From: Deltaproteobacteria bacterium
GTDB lineage: Bacteria; Myxococcota; Kuafuiibacteriia; Kuafuiibacteriales; Kuafuiibacteriaceae
NCBI GenBank assembly: GCA_040218735.1
Contig: JAVJQW010000049.1
Span: 128,001-192,000, forward strand
Length of the DNA: 64,000 nt
Direction: 5' to 3'
A program made the translations under genes and the position numbers. Each line of letters starts with the position of its first letter. The stretch's first letter is position 1. A model generated the notes under the pieces. That model had not been told where the DNA came from, did no database searches, and saw only the letters and a list, made by a program, of their open reading frames with translations. Shown piece by piece: positions 42,015 through 53,371 of this stretch.

Positions 42015-42344
42015 AGAAGTCCGGCCGACAACGCCCGCCGCGCTCTTGGGTGAGGCCCGGCGCGAAGCGGCGGGTCCGAGCACTGTGCCAAGCGCTCCCG
42101 CGAAGCGGGAGGGCGTTATGGTCTCGTCGGCGCCCTTTCCGCGTGCTCGCCGCGCCGCCTCCGGCTCTTGGTCGAGGCCCGGCGCGAAGCGGCGGGTTCG
42201 AGACCTGTGCCAAGCGCTCCCGCGGAGCGGGAGGGCGTTATGGTCTCGTCGGTTGCGTACGCCCGGTATGCGCCCTCCTCACGCGACGACCACGCAAAAA
42301 GCTCGCTCGCCGAGAGCACGACGTGCGTTATCGGCCGGACTTCT
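42015..42344. mobile_element. 330-bp non-coding element with 20-bp terminal inverted repeats and two internal 89-bp direct repeats (MITE/REPIN-like)
   Basis: AGAAGTCCGGCCGACAACGC (42015-42034) matches the reverse complement of 42325-42344 at 19/20; direct repeats at 42042-42130 and 42164-42252. Confidence 0.7.
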
Positions 42345-42447
42345 GCGCCGAAGTGCGCTAATTTCCGCGCGCGTGAGCGGATCGGGCCCATCGGACGGTT
42401 CCCCGCCGGGCGGCGCCGCGCCGCCTCGGTCTCCGGGCTCGTCCACC

Positions 42448-44073
42448 ATGGATCCGCTGATCGGGCGGGTCCTCCTCGAACGGTACGAAGTCCTCCAGCG
42501 GATCGGCTCCGGGGGCATGGGCGCCGTCTACGTCGGCAAACAGACCGCCGTGGGGCGCAAGGTGGCGCTCAAGGTCTTGCGCTCCGACCTGATGGCGAAC
42601 GACCACGTCCGCCAGCGCTTCCGCCGCGAGGCGGAGATCATCGCGCGCCTATCGCACCCGCACACCATCCAGCTCATCGACTACGGCGAGACCCCGGAGG
42701 GGCTCGCGGTGATGGTGATGGAGCTGCTCCTCGGGGCGTCGCTCTCCGAGCGCCTCAAACAGAGCGGGCCGCTCCCGATGGAGCTCACGGTGCGGATCGG
42801 CAAGGAGGTCGCGGCGTCGCTCGCCGAGGCGCACCTGCACGGGCTCGTCCACCGCGACCTCAAACCCGCGAACATCTTCCTCGCGGACGTCGGCTCGGCG
42901 ACCCACGCGAAGGTCCTCGACTTCGGCATCGCCCGCCTCCTCGACGAGGAGGCCACGCGCCTCACCTCCACCGGGCAGGTCTTCGGGACGCCGCGGTACA
43001 TGTCGCCCGAGCAGGCGATGTCCACGGCCGACGTCGACGCCCGCAGCGACCTCTACTCACTCGGGCTGATCCTCTACGAGTGCATCGTCGGGCAGCCGCC
43101 GTTCGTCGCGCAGACCTCCATTCAATACCTCTCGGCGCACACCACGCAGGCGCCGCCGAAGCTGCGCGACCAGGCGCCGAGCGCGCCGGTCGCGCTCGAG
43201 GCGCTGATCGACGCGTGCCTCGCGAAGGAGCCCGACGATCGCCCGCAGACCGCCGAGGTCGTCGAGAAGGCGCTGGAGCGGATCCAACGCTCGCTGGAGT
43301 CCGGCGAGGAGCCGTTCGTGCCGCACTTCCCGGGGCGCGACGACGATCCCACGCGGCAGACGGTGGGGCCGGGGACTTCGCCGCCCGGACCGACGGATCG
43401 CTCACCGCCCGCGGACGCGGGGGGCTCGGGGGGCTCGAACCGGACGCCGCTGATCGCGATGGGCGTGCTGTTCCTCATCGCCGCGGTCGCGGTGGGGGCC
43501 TGGGCCGCGATGCGGGACACCAACGACATCGCGCCGATCCGCGACGCGTCGGTGGTCGCGATGGCGAACCAACGGGACGCCGGGCGGGCCGAGGTGGTCG
43601 AGCCGCCGCGGGACGCGGGGACGCGGGACGCCGGGGTGCGCGACGCGGGCGTGGAGCCGCCGCGGGACGCGGGGAAGAAGCGCAGGATCCGCCCGCACAA
43701 GAACAAGAACAAGAACAAGAACCGGCCGCCGCCGCCCCCTCCGCCTCCTCCGCCGGGCGGGACCGGATTCACCACGGGTCCGCGGACGATGACGATCGAC
43801 TTCCCCGTCGAGGACGACACCCCGAGCCTGGAGGACATCGCCAAGAAGTGCGGATCGTCCGTCTTCGGGGGGCTCGCGAAGCTCGACACCCAAGGCTGCG
43901 CGGCGGGCTGCAAGATCGTGATCGACGACCAGTGCGCGGGTGCGACCCCCGCCGAGGGCCGCGCGATCCCCAAGGGGCGCCGGAAGGTCACGGTGGTCTG
44001 CGACGGCAAGGCCAAGAAGACCCGACGTTTGCGCTTCAAAGACGGGCAGACGACCACGTACAAATGCCCGTGA
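42448..44073 (+). CDS. Membrane Ser/Thr protein kinase with low-complexity linker and Cys-containing PEGA-like C-terminus
   Basis: IGSGGMG, VALK, HRDLKPAN, DFGIAR, GTPRYMSPEQ; TM; RDAG repeats. Confidence 0.95.
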   Translation: MDPLIGRVLLERYEVLQRIGSGGMGAVYVGKQTAVGRKVALKVLRSDLMANDHVRQRFRREAEIIARLSHPHTIQLIDYGETPEGLAVMVMELLLGASLSERLKQSGPLPMELTVRIGKEVAASLAEAHLHGLVHRDLKPANIFLADVGSATHAKVLDFGIARLLDEEATRLTSTGQVFGTPRYMSPEQAMSTADVDARSDLYSLGLILYECIVGQPPFVAQTSIQYLSAHTTQAPPKLRDQAPSAPVALEALIDACLAKEPDDRPQTAEVVEKALERIQRSLESGEEPFVPHFPGRDDDPTRQTVGPGTSPPGPTDRSPPADAGGSGGSNRTPLIAMGVLFLIAAVAVGAWAAMRDTNDIAPIRDASVVAMANQRDAGRAEVVEPPRDAGTRDAGVRDAGVEPPRDAGKKRRIRPHKNKNKNKNRPPPPPPPPPPGGTGFTTGPRTMTIDFPVEDDTPSLEDIAKKCGSSVFGGLAKLDTQGCAAGCKIVIDDQCAGATPAEGRAIPKGRRKVTVVCDGKAKKTRRLRFKDGQTTTYKCP

Positions 44074-44206
44074 CGTCACGGTGAGGATTGACGCAACGCG
44101 TCCGCGGCGAATATCCCAATCCACGAGCGCACGTGGGAAGATCCCGTGGCACTCAAACGTACTCGGTGGTAGGCTCTTGTGGCCCATCTTCGAGGGGTAG
44201 ACGACA

Positions 44207-44554
44207 ATGGCAGGTGATTCCGTCACGACGAAAGGCCCCCGCGGCGTCCCGAACACGCTTCGTACGAACGACGTCGCGCCCGCGGACGACACCGCGGCGA
44301 AGGCCGCGAACCCCACCCCTCAGCTCGAGCGCCCGCCGACGACCCGCGTCGCCGTCGAGTCCTCGGGCTCCGTCCAGCAGACCCGCTCCACCGGCGGCGC
44401 CGCCGTCGAGGTCTTCGCCCAGCGGCGCGGACGTGTCCGGCAGCGCCGACTCCGGGTCGACGTGGTGAAGCCGAGCGCCGTCGCCGTGCGCGCGTTCCAG
44501 TCGCTCATGGGCGACGTCGGGCCGATGCTGACCGCCTACCGAGGCGCCGCGTGA
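44207..44554 (+). CDS. Hypothetical protein (may be the N-terminal half of a frameshifted gene)
   Basis: ATG preceded by GAGGGG; GC3-rich codons; GTGA overlap with the next ORF. Confidence 0.5.
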   Translation: MAGDSVTTKGPRGVPNTLRTNDVAPADDTAAKAANPTPQLERPPTTRVAVESSGSVQQTRSTGGAAVEVFAQRRGRVRQRRLRVDVVKPSAVAVRAFQSLMGDVGPMLTAYRGAA

Positions 44555-44919
44555 CGGCCAACTACGAGCAGCTCGTCGAGCAGGTCACCGCTCGCACGCA
44601 CCGCGCGATGAAAGAGGCGCGGGTGTCGAAGGCGGACAAGAAACACAGCGACCTGGTCGCGGCGAACCTGCACCGGCTGCTGGTGGACGTCCTCCTCGAG
44701 GGGCGCCTGAAGACGAGCGTGGCGCAGGACTACCTCGACAAGCTCCGCCAGATGCTCGTGGAGCGCACCGCGACGATCGACGTCGTGAAGAACGGTATCG
44801 TCGCGTTCGACGAGGTCACGCAGTACATCGCGGCGACCACGAACGCGATCGAGTACCCGACCGACAACAACCGCGCGCGCGACCTCCTGGTCACCTACGC
44901 GCGCGCGCTCCACCGCTGA
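44551..44919 (+). CDS. Hypothetical helical protein
   Basis: Strong coding-like codon usage and normal amino-acid composition. Confidence 0.6.
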   Translation: MTANYEQLVEQVTARTHRAMKEARVSKADKKHSDLVAANLHRLLVDVLLEGRLKTSVAQDYLDKLRQMLVERTATIDVVKNGIVAFDEVTQYIAATTNAIEYPTDNNRARDLLVTYARALHR

Positions 44920-44928
44920 CGACGACCC

Positions 44929-45144
44929 TCACCGTGGCCCGGGCTTGGGCTGTGACACCGGCAGGCGCGGGTGCCCCGTCGGCGGGTTCTCGCAACGCGG
45001 TTCGATCCCTTGCCGCAGACACTCGCACGACGATTCGGTCCCGCCGCACGACCCCTTCAGCCGCTTGCCCGCGACGACGACGCCGATCGCCATCCCCGCG
45101 ACCGCGGTGAGCAAGATGGCGAACGTGAGCAAGAAGATCGTCAT
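44929..45144 (-). CDS. nqrM: Na+-NQR maturation factor NqrM
   Basis: TM helix then MAIGV...LKGSCGG and further Cys; follows apbE. Confidence 0.85.
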   Translation of the reverse strand: MTIFLLTFAILLTAVAGMAIGVVVAGKRLKGSCGGTESSCECLRQGIEPRCENPPTGHPRLPVSQPKPGPR

Positions 45145-46217
45145 GGCGTCCTCTCCCGGTCACCCGGGTCGCCGGCGTCGGCGAGGAAGGCTTCGAAGGC
45201 CTCCGTCATCTTGGTCTCGACGCCTTCGTCTGTCACCACGAAGAACGCCGCGGCCAGGCGCTGATCTTCCGCGACGCTCGAACCTTCGACCTCGCCCAGG
45301 ACCATGAGCGCCGTGGCCCAGGCGTCCGCGAGGGCCGTGGACGTGTGGATGACACTCGCGCCGGCGAGGCGGTGCCGGACGGGCGCGTGGGTCCGCGGGT
45401 CGATCGTGTGGCCGTAGCGCCGCCCGCCGCGCTCCCAGAAGTTCTTGTCGTTGCCGGAGGTCGCGACGCCTTGGCGGTCGAGCTCGACCGCGATCGCGCC
45501 GTCGCCGGGGCGCTGGACCGCGACGCGCCACGCGGCGCCCCGTTCGTTGTGACCCCGCGCGCGGGCCTCGCCACCGACCTCCACGAAGTAGTCCTCGATC
45601 CCGTTTGCCTCGAGCGCCCCCGCGACGCGGTCTACCGCGTAGCCCTTCGCGATGCCCGAGAGGTCGACCTGCACCGCGTCGGACGCCTTGGTGACCGTGT
45701 TGCCGTCCAGCCGGAGTTTGTCCCAACCGACAGACGATGCGAGCTGCGCGAGGTCGGCCTCGCTCGGTTCGCGGTCGGTGCGTCCGGCCGCGCCGAAACC
45801 CCACGCGTCCACGAGCGGACGGACGGTGACGTCGAACGCACCGCCGCTCGCCTCGGCGACCGACGCCGCGTCGCGCAGGACGGCCATCGTGGCGGGAGAG
45901 ACTTCGAAGGCCTCCCCGGCCGGCGCGCGGGCGAGGCGCGAGACCTCGGAGTCGGGTTCGTAGGTCGACATCGCGGCGACCACCGCGTCGAGCTCGGCGC
46001 GAATGACGGCGCCCAGCGCTTCGGACTTCGTCGCGTCCAGGGGCTGCGCGAGCTTGACGGTGTACGTCGTCCCCATCGTGTCGCCGCGCCACGCCGCAGG
46101 GCTGGAGCGGGGCGACAGGTACAGCCAGCCGAAGCCGCCCACGAGGAGCGCGAGCAGCACGTACCACCGCGCGGCGCGCGGCGCGGCGGCCGCGGCGTGG
46201 CGATCAACCGAAGTCAT
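45141..46217 (-). CDS. apbE: FAD:protein FMN transferase
   Basis: [65 protein letters not shown]. Confidence 0.95.
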   Translation of the reverse strand: MTSVDRHAAAAAPRAARWYVLLALLVGGFGWLYLSPRSSPAAWRGDTMGTTYTVKLAQPLDATKSEALGAVIRAELDAVVAAMSTYEPDSEVSRLARAPAGEAFEVSPATMAVLRDAASVAEASGGAFDVTVRPLVDAWGFGAAGRTDREPSEADLAQLASSVGWDKLRLDGNTVTKASDAVQVDLSGIAKGYAVDRVAGALEANGIEDYFVEVGGEARARGHNERGAAWRVAVQRPGDGAIAVELDRQGVATSGNDKNFWERGGRRYGHTIDPRTHAPVRHRLAGASVIHTSTALADAWATALMVLGEVEGSSVAEDQRLAAAFFVVTDEGVETKMTEAFEAFLADAGDPGDRERTP

Positions 46218-47427
46218 CGAAGGCGATCATCTCCGGTTCGACGCCGAGATCGTCGAGCATCGACATACACGCCTTCAACATCATCGGCGGACCGCACAGG
46301 TAGTATTCGACGTCCTCCGGCGCGGGGTGGTCCTTCAGGTAGCGGTCGAGCAACACCTGGTGGATGAACCCCGTGGGGCCGTCCCAGTCGTCGTCGGGGA
46401 GCGGGTCGGACAGCGCGAGGGTCCACTCGAAGTTGTCGTTCTCTCGCGCGATGCGCTCGAAGTCCTCGACGTAGAACGCCTCTTTCAACGACCGCGCGCC
46501 GTACCAGAACGTCACCTTGCGGTCGGTGTGCAGGCGCAGGAACTGATCGAAGATGTGCGAGCGCATCGGCGCCATCCCCGCGCCGCCGCCGATGAAACAC
46601 ATCTCGGCCTTCGTGGGTTTCGCGAAGAACTCACCGTAGGGCCCCGAGATGACGACCTCGTCGCCTTCCTTCAGGTTGAAGATGTACGAAGACATCTGCC
46701 CGGGCGGGAGCCCCTGCGTGCGCGGCGGGGGCGTCGCGATGCGCACGTTGAGCATGATGATCCCACGCTCCTCCGGGTAGTTCGCCATCGAGTACGCGCG
46801 TGTGACCGGCTCGGACACCACGCTCTCGAGCTTCCACAGATCGAACTTGTCCCAGTCGTCGCGGAACTTCTCTTGGATGTCGAAGTCACCGTACTTCAGG
46901 TGGTGCGGCGGGCACTCGATCTGGATGTACCCACCCGCCCGGAACGGGACCTCTTCTCCTTCGGGCAGCTCGAGGACCAGCTCCTTGATGAACGTGGCGA
47001 CGTTGCGGTTCGAGCGGACTTTGCAACTCCACTTGCGGATGCCGAAGATCTCCTCCGGCAAGCGGATCTCGACGTGGTCCTTCAGCTTGAGCTGACAGGA
47101 CAGCCTGCACCCCTCGCGCGCTTCGCCGCGGCTGATGTGACCGACCTCCGTCGGCAGCATCGCGCCGCCCCCGGACACGACGTCGACCTTGCAGACGCCG
47201 CAGGAGCCCTTGCCGCCGCAGGCGGAGGGGATGAAGATCTTGTGCTCGGCGAGGCTGCCGAGGAGCGTGCCGCCGCCGTTGGTGGTGATCGTCTTGTCGG
47301 GGTCGCCGTTGATGCCGATCTTCACGGCGCCGCTGGTGACGAGCTTCGCCTTCGCGAGCATCAACACCACGACCATCATCAGGACGAGGAAGACGAACAT
47401 GGCGACGCCGATGCCGATGGTCTGCAT
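46204..47427 (-). CDS. nqrF: Na+-translocating NADH:quinone reductase subunit F
   Basis: [52 protein letters not shown]. Confidence 0.98.
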   Translation of the reverse strand: MQTIGIGVAMFVFLVLMMVVVLMLAKAKLVTSGAVKIGINGDPDKTITTNGGGTLLGSLAEHKIFIPSACGGKGSCGVCKVDVVSGGGAMLPTEVGHISRGEAREGCRLSCQLKLKDHVEIRLPEEIFGIRKWSCKVRSNRNVATFIKELVLELPEGEEVPFRAGGYIQIECPPHHLKYGDFDIQEKFRDDWDKFDLWKLESVVSEPVTRAYSMANYPEERGIIMLNVRIATPPPRTQGLPPGQMSSYIFNLKEGDEVVISGPYGEFFAKPTKAEMCFIGGGAGMAPMRSHIFDQFLRLHTDRKVTFWYGARSLKEAFYVEDFERIARENDNFEWTLALSDPLPDDDWDGPTGFIHQVLLDRYLKDHPAPEDVEYYLCGPPMMLKACMSMLDDLGVEPEMIAFDDFG

Positions 47428-47436
47428 GGGGTCCTC

Positions 47437-48051
47437 CTAGAGTTGGATTCCGGCGAACGCCATGAAGCAGATCGCCATCAGGCCCGTGACCATGAACGTG
47501 AGCCCGAGGCCACGAAGAGGTGGGGGGACGTTGCTGTACCGCAGCTTCTCGCGGACCGACGCGAGCGCGACCACCGCGAGGAACCAGCCCACGCCCGACC
47601 CGAGCCCGAACACCGCGCTCTCCCCGAGCGAGAGGTCCCGCTCGTTCATGAACAGCGACGCGCCGAGGATCGCGCAGTTGACCGCGATGAGCGGGAGGAA
47701 CACGCCGAGCGCCGCGTAGAGCTTGGGCGCGTAGCGATCGATGAACATCTCGACGATCTGCACCAACGCCGCGATCGTCCCGATGAACGTCAGGAACACG
47801 AGGAAGCTGAGGTCCACGTTGGCGAGCGAAGGCGAGACCCACGCGAGCGCGCCTTCGCGCAGCAGCCCGGTCAGCAGGAGGTTGTTCACGGGCACGGTGA
47901 TCGCGAGGACGAACGTCACCGCGGCGCCGAGCCCGATCGCCGTCGACACGCGCTTCGAGACCGCGAGGAACGAACACATGCCCAAGAAGAAGGCGAGGGC
48001 CATGTTCTCGACGAACACCGCCTTCACGAAGAGGTTCAGGTACGGCTGCAT
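47437..48051 (-). CDS. nqrE: Na+-NQR subunit E
   Basis: [31 protein letters not shown]. Confidence 0.97.
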   Translation of the reverse strand: MQPYLNLFVKAVFVENMALAFFLGMCSFLAVSKRVSTAIGLGAAVTFVLAITVPVNNLLLTGLLREGALAWVSPSLANVDLSFLVFLTFIGTIAALVQIVEMFIDRYAPKLYAALGVFLPLIAVNCAILGASLFMNERDLSLGESAVFGLGSGVGWFLAVVALASVREKLRYSNVPPPLRGLGLTFMVTGLMAICFMAFAGIQL

Positions 48052-48060
48052 GGCGGGCTC

Positions 48061-48738
48061 CTACGCTCCCTCGACGGCGCCGTCGGGCGCTTCGTGGGGG
48101 ACCTCGAACGTGAGCTCCTCCTCGACCTGCTCGGGCTTCCAGGCGCGAATCGCCCAGATGATCCCGCCGATCAGGAAAAACGCCGCGGGCGGCAGCACCA
48201 TGAGGCCGTTCGGCACGTACCATCCGCCGTCCGTGACGAGCGGGAGCACCTCGTAGCCGAAGAGCTTGCCGAACCCGAGGAGCTCACGCAGCGCCGCGAC
48301 GACGAGCAACACGATGCCGTACCCGGCGGCGTTACCGAGCGCGTCCCAGGCGCTGAGCCACGGGCCGTTCTGCATCGCGAAGGCCTCGGCGCGGCCCATG
48401 ATGATGCAGTTGGTGATGATCAGCCCGACGAACACGGAGAGCTGCTTCGACACCGAGAACGCGTACGCCTGCAGGAGTTGGTCGGTGACGATCACCAGCG
48501 ACGCGACGATCGTGAGCTGAACGATGATGCGCACGCTCGGCGGGATGTAGTTGCGGATCAGGCTGATCGCGACGTTCGAGCAGAGCAGCACGCCCATCAC
48601 CGCGAGGCACATCACGATCGACGGCGCGAGCATCGTCGTGACCGCGAGCGCCGAGCAGATGCCGAGCACCTGCTTCGCGATCGGGTTGTCGTCGAACATC
48701 GGGTCGAGCGCGGCCGACTTCTCTGCCTTGCCGATCAT
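48061..48738 (-). CDS. nqrD: Na+-NQR subunit D
   Basis: [42 protein letters not shown]. Confidence 0.97.
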   Translation of the reverse strand: MIGKAEKSAALDPMFDDNPIAKQVLGICSALAVTTMLAPSIVMCLAVMGVLLCSNVAISLIRNYIPPSVRIIVQLTIVASLVIVTDQLLQAYAFSVSKQLSVFVGLIITNCIIMGRAEAFAMQNGPWLSAWDALGNAAGYGIVLLVVAALRELLGFGKLFGYEVLPLVTDGGWYVPNGLMVLPPAAFFLIGGIIWAIRAWKPEQVEEELTFEVPHEAPDGAVEGA

Positions 48739-49517
48739 GATTTGCTCCCCTTCGCGAGGTACGGCCCGTACCCGTCGGGTCCGAGCCAGAACTGAATCGT
48801 CGCGGTCACGCCGCGCGAGGTGATGGTGGCGCCGGAGATCCCGTCCACCTGGTGCGGGGCCTCGGACGCCGGCTTCGCGGCGCCCTTGATGACCTCCAGC
48901 GCGACCGCGCCCGCGTCGTCGTAGACCTCGCGGCCCTTCCACAGCGACTGCCAGCGCGGGTTCTCGATCTCACCGCCGAGCCCGGGGGTCTCGCCGTGTT
49001 CGTAGAACGTGATGCCCTCGACGGTGCGGCCGTCGCGGTCGAGCGCGAGGAAGCCGTACATCGTCGACCACAGCCCGTACCCGGAGATCGGCACGACGGT
49101 GGTCTTCACCTCGCCGCCCTCGAGCACCTGGTAGACGAGGCCGCGGTTCGGGACGCGCTGCACCCGCGCGGCGTTGTCGGGCGCCGGCTTCGACCGCTCG
49201 GGATCCTTCGCCGCTGCGCGCTGGTCGAAGGTCGCCGCGTCGACGTCGTCGACGTAGTCACCGGTCTCGAGGTCGACCACCCGCGCCACGACGTTCTCCT
49301 CGAAGCGCTCCAACACGGCGTTCGAAGCGAGCTTTTCGCCGGTCTTCGTCAAACCGGCGACCGCGAGGACCTTCGACTGGCGATCGACGACCTTGTTGAG
49401 GTCCTGTCGGTCCTTCAGGCCGACCGCCGCCGACGACACGAAGATCGCGCAGACGCCGCACAGGACGACCGTGAAGCCGACGATGTACTTCGGGGAGCCG
49501 AGATCAGGCGTTGGCAT
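48735..49517 (-). CDS. nqrC: Na+-NQR subunit C
   Basis: [27 protein letters not shown] site VDGISGAT. Confidence 0.97.
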   Translation of the reverse strand: MPTPDLGSPKYIVGFTVVLCGVCAIFVSSAAVGLKDRQDLNKVVDRQSKVLAVAGLTKTGEKLASNAVLERFEENVVARVVDLETGDYVDDVDAATFDQRAAAKDPERSKPAPDNAARVQRVPNRGLVYQVLEGGEVKTTVVPISGYGLWSTMYGFLALDRDGRTVEGITFYEHGETPGLGGEIENPRWQSLWKGREVYDDAGAVALEVIKGAAKPASEAPHQVDGISGATITSRGVTATIQFWLGPDGYGPYLAKGSKS

Positions 49518-50715
49518 AGCGTGCGCGCCTCCGCTTCTTGTTCGCCTCCACCACGAAGTGGTCGATCAGCGGCGCGAACATGTTCATGAACAGGATGGCG
49601 AGCATGACGCCCTCCGGGTAGGCCGGGTTCACACACCGGATGAGCACCGTGAGCACGCCGATGAAGAACCCGTAGACCCAGCGGCCGGTGTCCGTGAACG
49701 CCGACGAGACCGGGTCCGTCGCCATGAAGACGAGGCCGAACGCGAGCCCGCCGAGCACGATGTGCCAGTGGAACGGGACGTTCATCATCGGGTTCGTGTC
49801 GGAGCCGATCGTGTTGAGGAGCATCGCCGTCGCAAACGTCCCGCCGACCACCGCGACCATCGTCCGCCAGGATCCGATGCCGGTAACGATCAGGAGGAAC
49901 GCGCCGAACAGCGAAGCCGCGACCGACGTCTCGCCCATCGAGCCCGGGACGAAGCCCCAGAACGCGTCCCACCACGTCGCGTTCGCCAGCGGCGCGCCGG
50001 ACTCCGCGAGCGAGGCGAGCCACGTCGAGCTGCTCACGCCGTCGGCGGGGAGCGCGGCGATCCAGACGTCGCCGGAGATCGCGGCCGGGTAGGCGAAGAA
50101 CAGGAACGCCCGCGCGACGAGCGCGGGGTTGAGGAAGTTCATCCCGGTGCCGCCGAAGATCTCCTTGCCGATGATGACGCCGAACGCCGTCCCCATCGCG
50201 ACCTGCCACAGCGGGATCGTCGCGGGGAGCGTGAGCGGGATGAGGAGGCCGGTGACGAAGAAACCTTCGTTGACTTCGTGGCCGCGCAGGATGGCGGAGC
50301 CCACCTCGATGATCCCGCCGGTCGCGTACGTGACGGTCAGGATCGGGAGGAAGTAGATCGCGCCGTGCACCAAACAAGCGACCACGGAGCCCGAGCTCAG
50401 CGGGAGCCCCGTCATCGCGAACAGCGCGGACTGCCACGTGTCGAGCGCGGTACCGCCGCCTTCGATGAGCCGGTGCGCCTGAAGGCCGGTGTTGTACATC
50501 GCCATCAGCGTCGCCGGGACGAGCCCGATGACGACGATGACCATCATGCGCTTGAGGTCGAGCCCGTCGCGCACGTGCGCCGCGCGCTCGGCGGTCGACG
50601 CGGGGGTGAAGAGGAAGGTGTCCCCGGCTTCGTAGAGCGGGTACAGCGCGGTCTTTCGACCGTCTCGCTCGAAGCGCGCTCCGAGTCGGTCCAGTAGACG
50701 TCTGAGGCCGTTCAT
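49504..50715 (-). CDS. nqrB: Na+-NQR subunit B
   Basis: [59 protein letters not shown]. Confidence 0.97.
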   Translation of the reverse strand: MNGLRRLLDRLGARFERDGRKTALYPLYEAGDTFLFTPASTAERAAHVRDGLDLKRMMVIVVIGLVPATLMAMYNTGLQAHRLIEGGGTALDTWQSALFAMTGLPLSSGSVVACLVHGAIYFLPILTVTYATGGIIEVGSAILRGHEVNEGFFVTGLLIPLTLPATIPLWQVAMGTAFGVIIGKEIFGGTGMNFLNPALVARAFLFFAYPAAISGDVWIAALPADGVSSSTWLASLAESGAPLANATWWDAFWGFVPGSMGETSVAASLFGAFLLIVTGIGSWRTMVAVVGGTFATAMLLNTIGSDTNPMMNVPFHWHIVLGGLAFGLVFMATDPVSSAFTDTGRWVYGFFIGVLTVLIRCVNPAYPEGVMLAILFMNMFAPLIDHFVVEANKKRRRARYANA

Positions 50716-50716
50716 C

Positions 50717-52072
50717 TCAGCCCTCCGCGTGGATTTGGTCGAGGACGTCGCGGAGGTACACCGCGAAGTCGGTTTTGCCAGGGTCGACGAACGTGCAGAG
50801 CGACAGGTCTTCTTCGTCGAGCTCGAGCACGCCGAGCTCCTCCGCCCATTCCAGGTCCTTGATGCACAGCGCTCGGAGCAGGTGCGTCGGCATGAGGTCC
50901 ATCGGGACCACCCGCTCGTAGGCGCCGATCGGCACCATCGCGCGGCGCGAGCCGTTGGTCGTCGTCGTGAACGCAAACGGCTTGCTGCCCATCAGCTTGG
51001 ACACGAACACGGGCAGCGCCGAGAACTTGTTCAGGCCCGGCCGGAGCCACCCGAGCAGCTCGCGTTCGCGCCCCTCAGCGAGGGCGGAGATCTGAAGGTG
51101 ATACGCGCCGAGGTAACCGTGCACCTCCCCGCGCGCCCGACGTCCGCTCAGCACGGAGCCGGAGATGACGCGGAGGTCGTCGCCCTCGAGCTCGCCCTCG
51201 ACGAGCTCGTCGATGCTGGCACCCACGCGTGTCTTCAGGAGGCGCGGTGTTTTCACGACCGGTCCGCCGAGCGCCACGACGCGGTCGACGTCGAGCACGC
51301 CCGTCGCAAAGGTGCGCCCGATCCGGACCACGTCGGCGTAGGTGAGGTGCCAGACCTCCTTGCCGCGGTACACCGGGTCGAGGACGTGGATGTGGTAGCC
51401 GACGGTGCCGCTCGGGTGCGGTCCGCGGAACTCCTCGACGGTCGCGCCGCTGTCCCCGGGCTCGATCGCCGAGCCCGCGCGGCGGCACAGGCGCACCGGT
51501 CCGTCCGTGAGCTTCTTCAGCACGGCGAGCCCGCGGACGAGGTCGTCTTCGCGACCCTCGAGGGCCACGGCCGGGTCGACGGCGAGCGGGTTGGTGTCCG
51601 TCGCGGTGACGAAGATGGAGCGCGGTTTTGCACCGGGGATCGGTACCCGCGAGTACGGTCGCGTCCGGAGCGTGGTCCAGAGCCCGGACTCGATGAGGAG
51701 GGCGCGCACGCTGTCGGCGTCGCGATCGGCGGCGCCGTTCGCGAACGTGTCGAACGTGCGCTTCGCGTCGTCTTCGTCCTCGTCGAGCTCGATGACCACC
51801 GACTGCAGCGCGCGCTTGGCGCCGCGGTGGACGGCGGCGACGCGGCCGCCGCCGGGCGCGACGAAGAGGACGCCGGGGTTCTTGGCGTCCTCGAAGATCA
51901 GTTCGCCCCGGCGGACGCGGTCCCCTTCTTGGACGCGGGGGCGCGGCTTCGCCCCGACGAAGTCGGCGCCGAGGAGCGCGACCCGCCGTACCGGCTTGTG
52001 CTCGGCTTGGCTCGGGTCGGGCACGCCCGCCACGGGGAGGTCGAGACCCTTCTTGCTGCGATGCACCACCAT
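50717..52072 (-). CDS. nqrA: Na+-NQR subunit A
   Basis: [56 protein letters not shown]. Confidence 0.97.
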   Translation of the reverse strand: MVVHRSKKGLDLPVAGVPDPSQAEHKPVRRVALLGADFVGAKPRPRVQEGDRVRRGELIFEDAKNPGVLFVAPGGGRVAAVHRGAKRALQSVVIELDEDEDDAKRTFDTFANGAADRDADSVRALLIESGLWTTLRTRPYSRVPIPGAKPRSIFVTATDTNPLAVDPAVALEGREDDLVRGLAVLKKLTDGPVRLCRRAGSAIEPGDSGATVEEFRGPHPSGTVGYHIHVLDPVYRGKEVWHLTYADVVRIGRTFATGVLDVDRVVALGGPVVKTPRLLKTRVGASIDELVEGELEGDDLRVISGSVLSGRRARGEVHGYLGAYHLQISALAEGRERELLGWLRPGLNKFSALPVFVSKLMGSKPFAFTTTTNGSRRAMVPIGAYERVVPMDLMPTHLLRALCIKDLEWAEELGVLELDEEDLSLCTFVDPGKTDFAVYLRDVLDQIHAEG

Positions 52073-52174
52073 GCCCGCCTCGCGTCTAGTGAATGGGCTC
52101 GCGGGCGTAAAGCGGAATCGGAACCGATCGGGTGGTCCCTACGCCTGCCGCTGGACGCGTGTTTCTGGCGGGCG

Positions 52175-52189
52175 TGCTACGCTCGTCGC
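52175..52189 (+). promoter_or_regulatory. Extended -10 promoter (TGcTACGCT), probably giving a leaderless yeaH mRNA
   Basis: TGn-TANNNT 6 nt before the GTG start; no Shine-Dalgarno. Confidence 0.45.
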
Positions 52190-53305
52190 GTGAGCCTTCG
52201 CATCGAGACGGACCATTCGCGCTTCAAGGCGATCGTCCGCGGCAAGATCAAGCAGAACCTCAAGAAGTACATCCAGAAGGGCGAGATGATCGGCAAACAG
52301 GGGAAGGACGTGGTGTCCATCCCGGTGCCGTCCATCGAGCTGCCGAAGTTCAAGTTCGGTCACAAGGACACCGGCGGAACGGGGCAGGGTGAAGGCGACG
52401 TGGGTGATGTCCTCCAGCCCGGGCAGGTCGAGCCCGGACAGGGCGAGGGCGCGGGGGAGAGCCCCGGCGAGCACATGCTCGAGGTCGACGTGACGATGGA
52501 CGAGCTCGCGGAGATGCTCGGCGAGGAGCTTGCGCTCCCGCGCATCGAGCCGAAGGGCAAAGAGCAGATCGAGGACGTCCGCTATCGCTACACGGGGATC
52601 AACACCGCGGGGCCCGAGTCACTGCGGCACTTCAAGCGCACGTTCAAGCAGGCCCTCAAACGTACGATCGCGCAGGGCGCGTACAACCCGGACCACCCCG
52701 TCGTGGTGCCGAACCGCCAGGACCGGCGCTACCGGACCTGGAAGGAGATCGTCGAGCCGGAAGCCAACGCGGTCATCATCTACATGATGGACGTCTCGGG
52801 TTCGATGGGTGACGAGCAGAAGGAGATCGTCCGCATCGAGTCCTTCTGGATCGATACGTGGCTGCGCTCCCAGTACAAGGGCATCGAGGCGCGTTACATC
52901 ATCCACGACGCGATGGCGAAGGAGGTCGACCGCGAGACGTTCTTCCACACGCGGGAGTCCGGCGGGACGATGATCTCCTCGGCGTACAAGCTCTGCTGGA
53001 AGATCATCGAAGACGACTACCCGCCGTCACAGTGGAACATCTACCCATTCCACTTCTCGGACGGCGACAACTGGTCGGCCGACGACACCAACCAGTGCAT
53101 CTCGCTCCTCCGCGAGAAGGTGCTGCCGGCGGTGAACATGTTCTGCTACGGGCAGGTCGAGTCACCGTACGGGAGCGGGCAGTTCATCAAGGACCTCAAG
53201 GAGTCGTTCCCGACGCCCGCGGACGACCTCGTGCTCACGAGTGAGATCAAGGACAAGGAGGCGATCTACGCCTCGATCCGCGACTTCCTCGGCGCCGGCT
53301 ACTGA
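52190..53305 (+). CDS. yeaH: YeaH/YhbH family (DUF444) vWA protein
   Basis: DHSRFK, Gly-rich GQGEG segment, [34 protein letters not shown]. Confidence 0.93.
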   Translation: MSLRIETDHSRFKAIVRGKIKQNLKKYIQKGEMIGKQGKDVVSIPVPSIELPKFKFGHKDTGGTGQGEGDVGDVLQPGQVEPGQGEGAGESPGEHMLEVDVTMDELAEMLGEELALPRIEPKGKEQIEDVRYRYTGINTAGPESLRHFKRTFKQALKRTIAQGAYNPDHPVVVPNRQDRRYRTWKEIVEPEANAVIIYMMDVSGSMGDEQKEIVRIESFWIDTWLRSQYKGIEARYIIHDAMAKEVDRETFFHTRESGGTMISSAYKLCWKIIEDDYPPSQWNIYPFHFSDGDNWSADDTNQCISLLREKVLPAVNMFCYGQVESPYGSGQFIKDLKESFPTPADDLVLTSEIKDKEAIYASIRDFLGAGY

Positions 53306-53371
53306 CCCGAATCGAAACACCGCCGGCCGCACCGATCGCGCGGCCTCGAATCGAGCCGATCTCTGGGACAC

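Noticed and set aside
42015-42344. Bona fide integron cassette array
   Set aside because: No intI and no cassette ORFs between the repeats; the second copy lacks the AAC arm; only a loose attC resemblance is retained as a hypothesis
50729-52189. N-terminal extension of YeaH
   Set aside because: Antisense to nqrA; homology begins at the GTG at 52190
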